Shown: positions 36,456 to 50,045 of the stretch, piece after piece
Numbering within the stretch: the first letter of the stretch is position 1
Layout: each line of letters begins with the position of its first letter
Assembly (NCBI RefSeq): GCF_037042905.1
Contig: NC_087245.1
Span: 27,096,001-27,160,000, forward strand
From: Lytechinus pictus
Lineage: Eukaryota
Direction: 5' to 3'
DNA length: 64,000 nucleotides
Notes under the pieces: generated by a model
The model's database searches: none
What the model saw: the letters and a program-made list of their open reading frames with translations, nothing else
What the model was told of the DNA's origin: nothing
Program-made: the position numbers and the translations under genes

Positions 36456-37751
36456 ATAATGATGATATTCTTCCTCTATATGTCCTCTATTGCCTTCTAG
36501 AAGTAACCCCCCTCACATGATACCAGGTATTGTCAGCTTTAATTGCCTTCATCCCATAATACCAACTCCGCCTTCAATAATATTGTATGTGCCCCTCCTA
36601 TGATGTGAGTGACTCCTACACATATGTGCCCCTCTCCTACATGTATGTGGTCTCTAAACCCTCTATCCCATCACACCGGTCCTTATCGGTTTACTTCTCA
36701 CCGTAATAGCAATGCCAGAGCCAACTATAACCCTCCATCCATTAGTTCCCTATACCAGTTTGCCCCTACTCTTATGATACCAGTATCTTTTTTTTGTTCC
36801 CCTCCCAAGCAAGTCCTATGACCATTTTAATTTATAAAGATTAACAACTATTGTAAGCTTTGCCATGAGTTCCATGAAAATCTTGATTGTGATTGGCTGC
36901 TGAGCCCTGATACCATGGTAGTTGCCATAATGATAAAATTAAACTCTAATTGGAACAGGGCCCCAGAGATGTATTGTGGCAATGGTGTTGATCATGCATT
37001 TTGATATTTTATGTTTAATGTACAGTTAAGACTCTATTAACCAGAGGGGAAAACGGTATTCTCTGTAGCAAACAAAGGGAAATGTGACACCCCTTTTTCA
37101 TCTTCTTTCAGTTTGAATTGGTTTGTTGTCGTTGAAGACGCTATTTGTATCGAAGGGGGAGGGGGGGGGGCTGGGGTTTGAAGTGACTCACCCCAGCTCC
37201 TACTATGTAAATTCCCCCTGCTTTTAACCGTTTAGTATTTCAAAACATTTCAATAATGTTAAAATTACCCTACAATGTACAATTTAACTTCATAGCTGCA
37301 GTAATTGAAATGCTTTGTATCCATAGTGGCTGTTTTATGTGTAATGTGGTTTTCCAAGTAAGTTTTATTTTCCAGTTTTCCCATGAAATGCTCTTTCATT
37401 CAGCCACTAGCTAGCCAACTCTATCATCACGCCTTGTATTTTTAAAAGTAAACAATAGAAGACCCCACAATTATAGATTGTTTTATAGCATTAATAATGT
37501 GAAAATCATCTAGGGTTTATGAATATTTATTCTAAGCATGGACCTACTACTCTGTCAGAGTAGTAGGTCCTGGAATTCTGCTAGTTGATCAAGCTACATA
37601 TATATACAATCCACTTCGAAGTCATGCATGCACATGTTAAACTGAAAATGTTGACACCACATCCTCAGGCCCACATTCCTAATGCTTGCCTTCAACTTGT
37701 CAGCTCATTTAGTGCTCTATTCATTTATAACTTTCAGGTAATGACAAATTA

Positions 37752-38227
37752 GGTGGTTTCAGACCGCCTCGAAGTTCGCCAGTTCCAGGTATTCTCTGAT
37801 CGGGAAATTTACCCCGATCAGAAAATACCAGGTATTTTGGCGGTCTGAAAGCAAACTACGCGTAATATCCCCGAAAGAAAATACCCGATAAATAGTAGGT
37901 ACTTGGCGAAATTACGAGAACTTTCGCGGGGATTTTTCCAAGGTCGTGGGTATTTTGGCGGTCTGAAAGCAAATTACGGGAACTTTTAGCCCAGCGTGTC
38001 GTTGGGTGCGGCGCCGTGCATGGGTTGCTGCTGGGCTAGTGATTTTGAATTTCGCGCCTTGCTGCTTATCAGACCATACTGCGCATGCTCGTAACTTCAG
38101 GAACTTATCCCGAAGGGTATGTTTCAGGGCGGTGTGAATGCAGGAATAATTAATGGGTATTTTTCAGCCTAAAAAAGTTCTCGTAATTTAACGGGGATTC
38201 TTGTGATCGAGGCGGTTTGAAACCACC
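37752..38227. mobile_element. PIF/Harbinger-like palindromic MITE
   Basis: tta|GGTGGTTTCAGACCGCCTCGA ... TCGAGGCGGTTTGAAACCACC|tat; internal ggcggtctgaaagc repeats. Confidence 0.78.
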
Positions 38228-40174
38228 TATTGAATAGTTTTTTTCACCATATTATTAATCACAAAACCTCATAAAGCACAGAGTAAACTTCAGAAATGTA
38301 TTATTATTATAAACAAAGTTTTCAACTTCTCATAATTTAGTATTGACTGGGGTAGATAAAATGGTCATAGTTAAAATGGACTTCAGAATACATGCTTTTA
38401 GCAAAGTTTAAGATCACTTAAGAATAGTGCAAAATTCTCCCCACATTTATTCCTTACTTGCAAATATATTACAAAAATACAATTGATTTGAAGAAAAAAA
38501 ATTGCAGGCATTGCAGCAAGGAGCTAATGACTCGTTTTATCAAATTTATAAATGCGTATAGTGATCTTTATTTTAATTTAGAAAGTGAGCTTTCATTGTA
38601 ATATATGATCAAGGCATGTAGTCTGGATTTCAGACAGTGTTTGGTTCTGAAGTTTCTTCTTAATTTCTATCAGAAAAGAAATTTTAGAGAAAAATAAGCC
38701 CATCCTTGTGGCAATTGATTATGAAGAACTTTCTGATGTGTGTTGGTGTGCTAGCATATTGCCTGTCTAAAATTTTGGTTGAATTTTCAATAATGTGAAT
38801 TTCAATGCATTTTTACCCTTTATGACTTTTCCCATCCAACTCTACAAAGGCATGGGGACTTTTATAGATATTGCAATTTTTGCAATATTGAATCATTATT
38901 AAAATTTGTCTGTTACTTGATGAATTATTCTCATTTTGCATCTTTGGGAAATATTTTTTTTTTAAATTTAGTTTAAATAGTTTTATACCATTTCCAAAAA
39001 AGGGGGAAAAATCTGCAATCACCCAACTGTTTATCATATCTAAACAGGAAGTTGAGAGTAGATTTTAACTGTAAATTAACCCATATAAAATTTTAGATAG
39101 CTTCTTCTTGTAACAAGTCTTTCATGTTATCTGACAATGAATCTGAATAACTTGTAACTTTATAATCTATAATCTTAGGAAAATTTTAGGATTTACCAAA
39201 ACTTAAAAAGTAAGTTATGTTTTTTTTAAGGAATGTTCCTTTTTAAAGAAACCATTTGCTACTTGCATGGTTTTTTATCCATTTCACCTCCAAAATTTGG
39301 TTGCTAAAAATAATAATTTTGTCTCAGGTTACTTTTGACCTCCATGTTTTTATGCTGCCATTCCCAGACTACTTTTCTGCACTAGTAGATAAGCATTGGC
39401 TCTCATCTCAAGACCCAGATATCATGTAACACCCAAAGTTTAAAATTAGAAATTAGGAGGAGAAAGGAGTGTTGTAAAGTTCAAATCAGTTCAAACTTTA
39501 AAGTTACTTAAAGTTGGAGAATTTTATTTGCATTAAAATATGTTGCTTTCAAATGATCCCTTAAAAGCTTTTTGAAAGTTTAATAATGTAAATAATATTG
39601 GCCTCTATTACATTTGTCAAATGTGACATAGATTGTACGGACAGTGAAATCCTTTTTCATCTGTTGATTATTTTTTGATGATCAAAATTTTAAACTTTCT
39701 TTTGAAGCACTGTTCCTCTCTCTCTGTATTGTTTTTAATCTCTGTTTAGTATTAGGCCCTTTGAATACTCGGCTTATAAGTATGTTTCGATTGTATAGAA
39801 TTAGAAGGCTCCAAAAATGAAGATGACCTGAAATTTTCAACCTGCTCAATGCTTGAGAAATAATTTAAATGCAGACAATATTAATTAAGCACTATAAGTA
39901 TTCTTTCACTTTTCTGAAAATTTGACTTTTATGAATCTAGATTAGGTTTGGAGATACACTTGTTCCAGTCCTTTTTATTATTTGTTTTATAGCTGTACTA
40001 CAAGAACCTAGACAAGTATTCTGCGACATCATGCACTTCCATGCAATATGTGACAAAATTTGGCAATTATCGATTAAAGTATTAAACCCCATTTATTCAC
40101 CCCATTGAAACTGGCATGAGCGAATAACTGTATGCACCAACTAGTAAGACTCACACAAACCTGCTTTCACTTTA

Positions 40175-40286
40175 AGCCCCTTTCACAATTGGTGGTGCGA
40201 CTGCTTACAACCGTTGCGATTCTGTGCAACATATATCGTGACCAATTTATCGCAAACGATCGCACAAGCAATTGTGAAAGCCCCTT
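40175..40286. mobile_element. Short Harbinger-like palindromic MITE
   Basis: ctttcacaattg / caattgtgaaag inverted termini with TAA/TTA flanks. Confidence 0.6.
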
Positions 40287-42837
40287 TATTTGTAGCATGG
40301 TACGTCTATGTTTGTAGTAAGGTCCATGACTTCATGCATAAATATATACTGTGACAGTAGCCACCAACTTCCCATTGCCAATAATTGGTTTAAAGGAAAG
40401 AGAATGATACAAGGAAATCTGTTGATTGTGAATCTGACAGTTCGCTGTTAATAGTACGCTGAAACCTCATGGTGCTAATTAACCCAACCCCCAATTCAAT
40501 TATAATTCGGACATTTACAATCGAGAGATCATCAATGCGTGCCCTTAGTTTTGTCCAAGGCTTGCTCTTGGATTGAAGTGCACAGGAAGTTTTGATGATT
40601 GAAATCTGGCTCATGTTTGCTTGAATCGAAAGAACATTTAATTACATTTAGGGAACTGTGATAGGGAAATGTATTGTTGGCTTGGATGTATATAGGATCT
40701 GATGGTAATTAATGAACGATGTAGGTCAAGGGAGATCACAGAGGTACATGTATCTGTGGGGGAGACTAATAATGGAAAGATACAGTATTTCCCTGCATGA
40801 TGCGATGTCATGATTTGCCATAATTCTTTCCAATATTACAGGGATTGAATTCATACTAGTATTCTGAATAAAAAAGAGGTATGCATGATCTTCAAAAGTG
40901 GCATAGACATGTTTATAATTGGTGTCTACTGTCTATACTGTACGTAGAAGAAATATCTTTGACTGTTATTGTTCTTAATAGTTATAGCAGGGAATTTACA
41001 CTGTAAAAATGCTGTTTAAAATTTTGAGCACGTAATTTAAGCCCATCACTCTGAATCTAACAACTATTTAAACTTATTAAACAACTGTTTAAAACTTTTA
41101 AACAGTTACTTACAAAAAGTTTAAACAAACAAACAAATGCTGTTGATTGTCCAAAATCATTTTAGAATATTATTTATCATGATAGAACACAAAATTTTTC
41201 TTCATGCATTCGTAAAATCTAATCTGTTTTATAGAAATGACAATTGCATATAATTACCATTTTCTTGAATAACACATCTCATTATCCCCCCCCCCGACTT
41301 GAAAATCTACATAGTCAACCACAGATATGGGGGGGGGGGGTAATTCAGCTCTGCTTGCGTGTTGACCTAGTAAATTTATAGTTTTATAGCATACTGGGAT
41401 TTTATTATCAGTTTACATTAGCTCCTTGAAGAGTATTCCAGGCATGGTTCACATATCTCAATACAATAGTCAGTATGCCATTAAGACTTTAATAACCCTG
41501 TTTATGAAATGATGAAATATGGCTTGAAAAGGGGTATCCCCTGAGGAAGGAAATAAACACCTCATTTCTGCAAAGCAAAGAATGAGTACATGTACAAACA
41601 CCTTGTTTATTTTATGGTGAGGGGAAATAAAGCCATCAGCCTGTTTGATTTCTTGTTTTTTAAATAGCAAATGGTGTAATATGGCATGTTGGTCATAGTT
41701 GGAACTTGGCAGGGTATTCTTTGCTACAATTATTCTACACTTTTTATGGAATTTATTTCACATTCTGGCCCCTGTTCAAATACACATGTACAACCTCACA
41801 GTTACCTCATTTGATTTTGGGTTTTATTTAGATTGATCAAGATGATAAACCCTGACATCACCCATCGGCAACTTGTCAATGCTACTTTTAAACCATGGTC
41901 TATTTTTGGTTGCATGTTTCAGAGAGGAGTTGCTCCTACCTGATTTACTTGAGGGACAAGGATATTAGAATTACACTTCCCCAGGTCGGAAGGGGCTGTA
42001 TTGGATCTCTCTCAGTTTCCTTCGGCCCTGTGTCTCTGAAATGGGATTTTGGCACCGATTTGGGTTTAAAGGGGAATTTCAAGGAAAGTTGTTAATACAG
42101 TATAGTTGTTAATTCCAGGAAAATGCAGTTTTACAAGTGAAGTTTGATAGAAATGGCATTCAAAATGGTTTATTTTACTAATCACACTGAAAGTAGCATA
42201 CAAAGTATGAAAAAAGGGTCTTCAGTTTATATGATAAATTGAAATTACCAATATGTTGGTGAATCGGTGTCCGACGACGATAAAATAATAATTTACTATA
42301 TCAGAAGACTCCAAGCGCTCTGCAGTAATGCCGTGCTGGTTTTAGCAGAGCAGCTGTTACACGTGCTGCATTTCAAGGAATAAATATAGCCTGATATAGC
42401 CAGGATGGATTCGGTGGTTTCGGTACTTACATATATGTACATTTATTCGTCTCTGATTCGGGGAGTTACCCGAAGAGTGACGAATGGGTCCCGATTAAGC
42501 GCAGAATCGCCAAGAATTGACCCGAATCAATTTTGACCATCCCGAATAAAGCCGATTGCCACCCGAATAGTGGTAAGAATCGAGCCGAATGTGGCCTGGT
42601 TGCTCCGATTACAGCCAAATTTCAACCCAATTTGCCCAAATAATTCTGTTGAACCTTATGAGAATTTCCAGGGCTCTTGTTTAGTTTTTCAAGGCGGTTA
42701 TTGGCTTTTCAGGGCAAATTCAGCTCGAACCCCCACTGTATATTTCCCCTGGCTTGAATTGAAAAAGCATTGGCTAACAGTGCAATTAGTTATTTTGACC
42801 ATTCATTATTACAGTGTGCATAAAACACATTCTTTCA

Positions 42838-44174
42838 TTGTCTCGCCTGCATAGCAGAGCGAGACTATAGGCGCCGCTTTTCCGACGGCGGCGGCGTCAA
42901 CATCAAATCTTAACCTAAGGTTAAGTTTTTGAAATGACATCATAACTTAGAAAGTATAGTTCATGAAACTTGGACATAAGGTTAATCAAGTATTACTGAA
43001 CATCCTGCCTGAGTTTCAGGTCACATGACCAAGGTCAAAGGTCATTTAGGGTCAATGAACTTAGACCATGTTGGGAAAATTATTTTCAAAATCTTAACCG
43101 AAGGTTAAGTTTTTGAAATGACATCATAACTTAGAAAGTAATAGTATATGGACCTAGTTCATGAAACTTGGGCATAAGGTTAATCAAGTATTAGTGAACA
43201 TCCTGCTTGAGTTTCAGGTCACGTGACCAAGGTCAAAGGTCATTTAGGGTCAATGAACTTTGGTCAAGTTGGGGGTATTTGTTGAATTACTATCATAACT
43301 TTGAAAACTTATGGATCTAGTCCATGAAACTTGGACATAAGGTTAATCAAGTATTAGTGAACATCCTGCCTGAGTTTCAGGTCACATGACCAAGGTCAAA
43401 GGTCATTTAGGGTCAATGAACTTTGGCCAAGTTGGGGGTATTTGTTGAATTACCATCATAACTTTAAAAATTTATGGATTTAGTTCATGAAACTTGGACA
43501 TTAGGTTAATCAAGTACCACTGAATATCCTGTGCGAGTTTCAGGTCACATGACCATGGTCAATGGTCATTTAAGGTCAATGAACTTTGGCCGTGTTGGGG
43601 GTATATATGTTAAATTACCATCCTAACTCTGAAAGTTTATGGATCTAGTTCATAAAACTTGGACATAAGAGTAATCAAGTGTCACTGAACATCCTGTACG
43701 AGTTTCAGGTCACATGACCATGGTCAAAGGTCATTAAAGGTCAATTAACTTTGGACGTGTTGGGGTTATTTATTGAATTACCATCCTAACTCTGAAAGTT
43801 TATGGATCTAGTTCATAAAACTTGGGATATAAGAGTAATCAAGCATCACTGAACATCCCCTGTGAGTTTCAGGTCACAAAACCAAGTCAAAGGTCAGTTA
43901 AGGTCAATAAACTTAGGCCATGTTGGGGTAATTGTTGAAGTGCCATCATAACTTTGAAAGTTTATGGATAGAGTGAATGAAATGTGGACATGGGTGTAGT
44001 TGACAGTCTTAAGTCTCCGTTCAAATGTCATTTATGGTCAATGAACGTGGTATTATGTCATTATATGAATGATGTTTTTGTGAATGATTATTTTATAGTA
44101 GTTTTCAAAGTTAGCACTGCTGCTATATTAAATTGCGTAATGCAGGCGAGACTGCCAGAGGCGTTCCACTTGTT
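42838..44174 (+). mobile_element. Non-autonomous Helentron-type element with ~6 internal 160-200-bp tandem units
   Basis: Subterminal IRs gtctcgcctgca / tgcaggcgagac; (GGC)n motif after the 5' IR; CTTGTT 3' end; repeated aaggtcaaaggtca / catgaaacttggaca units. Confidence 0.82.
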
Positions 44175-44239
44175 TTACAATAAGGAAGTACTGTTTCCTT
44201 GATATTTTTGTATTAATCTTTGTGATTTATTGGTAACTA

Positions 44240-44655
44240 GGACACCGTTCCCATTACAAACCTAAAACTATTACTGGAAATTGGTTCAGGAAACCGGTTT
44301 GGAAGATCGCATTGCTAGCATTCCCATTTGATCACCCGAAAGTGGTATTCAAAACAACTGCACTGAAATCCAAGCGATCTTGTTGATATTAGTATGCTCT
44401 CAGTTTTGCACGAGATTCGAAACCGCAGCATCTAGGCATTCTTCACACAACATGTGCGAAGATCGCTTCCCGAAGAACGGTTGTGTCCTCATGCTAAAAC
44501 CAGTTTAACGAGGCAAAGCGATCTTGAAAACTTCCCTACGAGGTGGTTTTCTGAACCAGTTTGGAAGATCGCTTCCAAGATGCTTTGACCGTTCTCATTA
44601 CACATTGAACTAGTTTCCAGTATCTAGTTTTAGGACAGTAATAAGAACGGGCTCT
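44240..44655. mobile_element. Degenerate palindromic MITE
   Basis: ccgttcccattac..cctaaaacta.tactggaaa / tttccagtatctagttttagg..gtaataagaacgg. Confidence 0.6.
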
Positions 44656-45210
44656 TACTTTCTCCAAGCTATTTTAAGACATCTTTATTTCCAATTACAA
44701 TTTTCTGAATCAGTTTCACTATTCTAAACTCCACCTTTTTATCTTGGATAGCTTTTTATACAAACGTGACTGAAGAGAGAGTCGTGCCATTTTTGAAAAG
44801 CACTTTCATGACCTGTTTGCAGCAAGCAGATACACGTATACAGTGTAACCCATCCCATCTCATCCCATTGTAAAGCCTAGAATCTGCTCTTTCTCCTGCA
44901 TTTTAACTCAGAAGATACCTCATTCATGAATGAGTGAGTAAAAACAATTCGAAGTAAGGATACCAAAAGGTCACTTGTTCAGGTTATCCAAATTTCAAAT
45001 AGAAAATCAAATGACTAAAAAGTTCAATATCTTCTCTCCTCAATCTTCTGAGTTATATCAGGTGAAAGAGAAGATTGTAAGCTTTATAATTATAGGTGAA
45101 TTGTCTATTATGTATGATGGAAGTTGCTGCACTGAACAATAAATAATTGTATATATTGCACAAAACTGATGAAGGAAGTTGCTATGGCAATATGTCCACA
45201 TTGACTCCAC

Positions 45211-45674
45211 CAGACCTGCCAACCAGTACGTTTTTGGCGTATTAATAGTAAGTTTCTGCAACCAAAATACGGCAGTACGTTTTTCTTTCAAAAATGTTTT
45301 TTTTGTTTAAAAAAAAAAATTGTAATTTTTGTTTTACTTTTTTTTAAACAAAATCGTAATTTATTGAGAAAAAAATCATCACTATATGTCTCTATTTCAT
45401 AAAACTTACACAAATATGGTTATTAGATCAATGTAATTTCAGGTAACTTGTTTTTTTTTCAATCATTTTGTTAAAACCAAGGTGAGATATACACATGTTT
45501 CAATGTTTTTTTTTTCATCTGCAAGAGCAGTGCGCATTTTAGCTTGCATGCAGCTTGAGTGCCGTGATGAGCGAGTGCGCCACACATTTTATTGTGAAAT
45601 ACACTTTTTTGGGGAAAAATGCACTTTTTTTATCACAGAATACACTTTTTCATTCCCAGAGGTTGGCAGGTCTG
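45211..45674. mobile_element. TIR MITE with 6-bp TSD
   Basis: CTCCAC|CAGACCTGCCAACC...GGTTGGCAGGTCTG|CTCCAC; perfect 14-bp TIR. Confidence 0.85.
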
Positions 45675-46085
45675 CTCCACTGTTCTGCCAAAAACCATGA
45701 GTTGGATTTTGTGACTTCAGTTTTAATGTTCTCCACTATTCCACTTTAAGACTACAGGAATTGCAAAAATGTAAATCCAGATCACAGAATTTTGTCATTA
45801 AACCATATTTTGGATGTAGGCCTGCACTGTACTGCTCAGAATATGATATTATTTACATCACAATTGAAATTTGAATTGAGGGATTTTGACATGTAGAAAT
45901 GTCATTGTGCTATAAATTTGTGATGAAAATCACCAATAAAAAAGAACAAAGACTATCAGGTTTATATGAGCATTGTATTTCAATTGACAGCTTCCTTCTC
46001 CGAGATCAAAGTGCAGACAAAATTATGAGGAATATAAATGGCATAGTGACTGTCAAGAACATGAATCACATGTACTGTTATTTAA

Positions 46086-47916
46086 AGGAGAACTATATTG
46101 ATTATGAATGTGGTCTTATTATATGTCAATGGAAAGGTAATGATGTGGGGATTATCAGTGGGTCATTCAAAAATAATGAAAATAATACATAAGGTGAAAA
46201 TCGCCGATTAAAAAACGCTCAAAATGCCTCTCCGAAATATGCCTCGCATCGGTCTCTGAATTGACTTGAATTTGATGACGTCACTTTCTGTACGAGAGGC
46301 GTGATTGGCTCTCCCACGTGAAGCTCCACTTGCATGCAAAACCTGTTGCGAGGGTACGTTTTCTCCACACTGTCACTGAATACTTCGATCACGAAATGAA
46401 AGAAAACCCAGAATTTTATCTAGATTTGGATTTTCAAATTGATGATTTTGAAGATGAAGAGAATGATGATGAAATGAACAACAAAGTGACGTAGTTGGAG
46501 GTAAATTGGGGGAATTACGCCGATGATGATGAGTCGGACAATTCAACTTGCAACATGATCACATGCCGATTCGCTACCTAACTCATGCAGCTGCTAAGTG
46601 CTAGCTACACCGCGCGGGCCAAATTGAATTCATGAAAATGAATTACCACACTGTCCAGACAGAGTCTCTTACCTCTGTGACTATGAAGGAGGAAAATAAT
46701 GATAAAACTGTACTTACAAACAAGTGAATGTAATCCGAACCTGAAGGCAACTCAACGAATAGCAGCAGACGATATGCACCGACGATAAACTTCATGTGGC
46801 TGGGATAGATTGTCACTAGATGTAATTTTTATCTCATTAATTTGACAAAATTACGAAACTCGGGGAATTATTCATCTATATAAAAATATAGAAACATCTC
46901 GTATTATTTTTTAAATTACGATAAAACCTTTTAAAAGCTCGTATATGTGATCGTAATCAAAATCACAAACATGCCGTATTGCTTGCTCGCCTTGGCTGAG
47001 AGAGTAGATCTATGCACGTGTTGCACAGCTCTCAATCAAGCTACGCATGTTGGGGATCTTTTACATCTAATTTTAATTTACCTCAACGTTTTCCTTCAAA
47101 AAACGTTTTATTGTAATTTAAAAATTATACGAGATGTTACTATATTTTTATATAGATAAATAATTCCCCGAGTTTCGTAATTTTGTCAAATTAATGAGAT
47201 AAAAATTACATCTAACAGAACGAGTGACAATCTATCCCAGCCACATGAAGTTTATCATCGGTGCATATCGTCTGCTGCTATTCGTTGAGTTGATTTGCCT
47301 TCAGGTTCGGATTACATTCACTTATTTGTAAGTACAGTTTTATCATTATTTTCCTTCTTCATAGTCACAGAAGTAAGATACTCTGTCTGAACAGTGTGGT
47401 AAGTCATTTTCGTTAATTCAGCTGCATGAGTTGGTTAGCGAATCGGCATGTGATGTTGCAAGTTGAATTGTCCGACTCCTCATCATCGATTCCCCCAATT
47501 TACCACCAACTACGTCACTTTGTTGTTCACTTCATCATCATTCTCCTCATCTTCAAAATCATCAATTTGAAAATCCAAATCTAGATAAAATTCTGGGTTT
47601 TCTTTCATTTCGTGATCGAAGTATTCAGTGACAATGTGGAGAAAACGTACCCTCGCAACAGGTTTTGCATGCAAGTGGAGCTTCACGTGGGAGAGCCAAT
47701 CACGCCTCTCGTACAGAAAGTGACGTCATAAAAAATCCCCAATTTCGCGGACGTAATTCTGCGTGTTTGAAGCATTCAGAGAGAGAACTTTAAACTATCA
47801 ATTAACTGAGTTCCATCGGTCTCCATGATAAATGATGTACACCATCGTGTTCTCCTTATTTTCTCCTTTGATTTGATATATGATTCCATTTTTACGATTT
47901 TCAATATATTTCTCCT
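46086..47916. mobile_element. TTAA-flanked element with long internal inverted arms (foldback-like)
   Basis: ttaa|AGGAGAA.TATATTGA termini; arms 46275-46932 and 47099-47729 are near-perfect reverse complements. Confidence 0.88.
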
Positions 47917-49498
47917 TTAATGGCATTCATTTGTTCTGAGTACCTGCAAACAAACCAGTTCAACAAAGTTCATGTAGACTTTATAGAATATGTATTGTGT
48001 AGAAGTTTCTCGGGGTTGGTTTCACAAAACAGTCATAAATAAATGTAAAGCTGCATTAAATTTGCACCTTCTTTTACTGTAGATACTACATCTACATGTA
48101 CAAACACAGCTTTCAAAGACACTTAGTTCAAATTACAATTGCAAATGTGCATTTGATTCAATAGAGGGGGTAGAGTTCTCCTTGAGTGTTCAGATTCAAT
48201 GTAGATGTGAGGGGAGTTTTTCAGAGTCACTGTGACTCCTCCCCTCCTTAAATGATAGTCTGAACACTGCAAACACTTACAACCTAGACACTTAAATTAT
48301 ATTCTAGAATCTAGCATGTATGATATGCTTGGATATGGAATTATACCACTTAAGTTTATTATGAATGGAGTAGTATGTTAAGTCCCAGCTAAGACTGTAT
48401 GTGCATGTTTAGATCATATTTAATCACCGACACATGAGCACTCTGAAACCATAACTTAAACATGCGACAACCTTCTCTACACAGTGATTATATGGAGCTA
48501 ATTCCAAAGCCTAAGATGAGCTTACAGCTGATCTTTAACATCATGCCATCCACTTGCAACTTGACCTGACAAATTATGACCAATTTTGTTTCCAGGCTAG
48601 AAAATTATCAGAGTGAATCAGCACCCTCCCTAATCTTTTAATTCAGAGACTACATTGTAACTTTTCTCTTGCATCAAGTTCAACTTTATATGCCTGATTA
48701 TAACAATAATTCCTTGTAGGTTATTTATTGTATTCTTCTTTGTAATCATTTTTCAGCATATAATTTTGTGGTGTGAAAGTTATTAATAATTCGGTAGTGT
48801 AAAATTTGGCTTTTGATAGTAACATTGTTATACATCTAAATCCACTGTCGCAATTGTCCTTGCTGTATGATGGAAAATGATTGTAACCTACACATTGTAG
48901 GATTATGAATGCATCCCCAATATAATAAAGTAAAAATGATTTAACCCATTTTGTGTGTGTGCCAATTTGCCAAACCCTAGATGAGGGGATTGAGCATATT
49001 GAGTGAACTCATTGCTATTTTATTCAAACACTTGTAGTAGGCTTTATAAGCAAAGGGGGAAAGTTGTTCAGTCAGATCTAAATCCTTGAGAATATTCAAC
49101 TTCACACCTTTATGAATTTTAAAAGAAAAAAGTATGGATAAAAATATTCGCCCCTTTTCTAGATTCCGTCTTTCTTCAGTTTCACCCAATTTCAATGAGT
49201 GTCTAGACTGAAGAAGATAAATTGAGGACCCTGGGAATTCATGCAGATGTAGGGGAGCTCTTCCTCAAGCTGAGTGGGAAAAAGAAATTTTGAGATGATC
49301 AACAGATAGGCAACACAAGCTGCATGCATACTGTGGTGACCTTTATGTAAGATGTTAGGCCTATAATAGAAATATTCTGAAATGAGTATAAATATGGCTT
49401 TGAATGCATCCTCAAATAGTCTGGATCAGAATGATATGGATACAAATGTAGGAAATTGACCACAGAGTCTGTTCCTGATTCCCAAGATGAGATCAAGT

Positions 49499-50045
49499 CC
49501 CGGGGGGGGGGGGGGGGGAGGGGGTACTCAGTATAAATGTATGATACGTATGTGCTGCGGTTGAGACCCCCATTTCCAGCCCAAATTTCCATTCCAGAGC
49601 ATCCCCAATTCAGAAAGCCATAGAAATTCCCATTTTTCCCGTTCCGGAGACCCTCAAATTTGTGATTTCTCGTCCAGAGAGCGCCCGTCATGATCTACTC
49701 AGCCGGTCAGAGCGGCGAGCTTGATTGGCGAGGAGCCATTATGCCAGCCCGCTGAAGCTCCCCGCGCCCGCAGCTAGCTTGCGCTGGTCCGATATGAATA
49801 GCAAGAAGCGCACGTGTGTTTTTTTTTAACATAGCCGCTACTGATTACGTCTAATGAGTTCCAGAGACCTTTGTTTTTTTATGTGGTATGTCCGGAGCAT
49901 TGCATTTTTCGCAATCATTAGTCCAAGAGCGGTTCTGGAGACCCACATTTTAAGACCAAGATTTAGTTCCAGAGCACCCTATTTTCGAGTTGGTGCAGCA
50001 CACAGGTCTCATGTTAAAATTGGAGTCCCCCCCCCCCCCCCCGGG
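49499..50045. mobile_element. MITE with CCCGGG-polyG / polyC-CCGGG termini and 4-bp TSD
   Basis: AAGT|CCCGGGGG...CCCCCGGG|AAGT; internal ttccggaga/tccagag repeats. Confidence 0.8.

Noticed and set aside
42900..43960. Regular repeats superficially like a CRISPR array
   Set aside because: Whole units are repeated with no unique spacers, the context is eukaryotic, and there are no cas genes.
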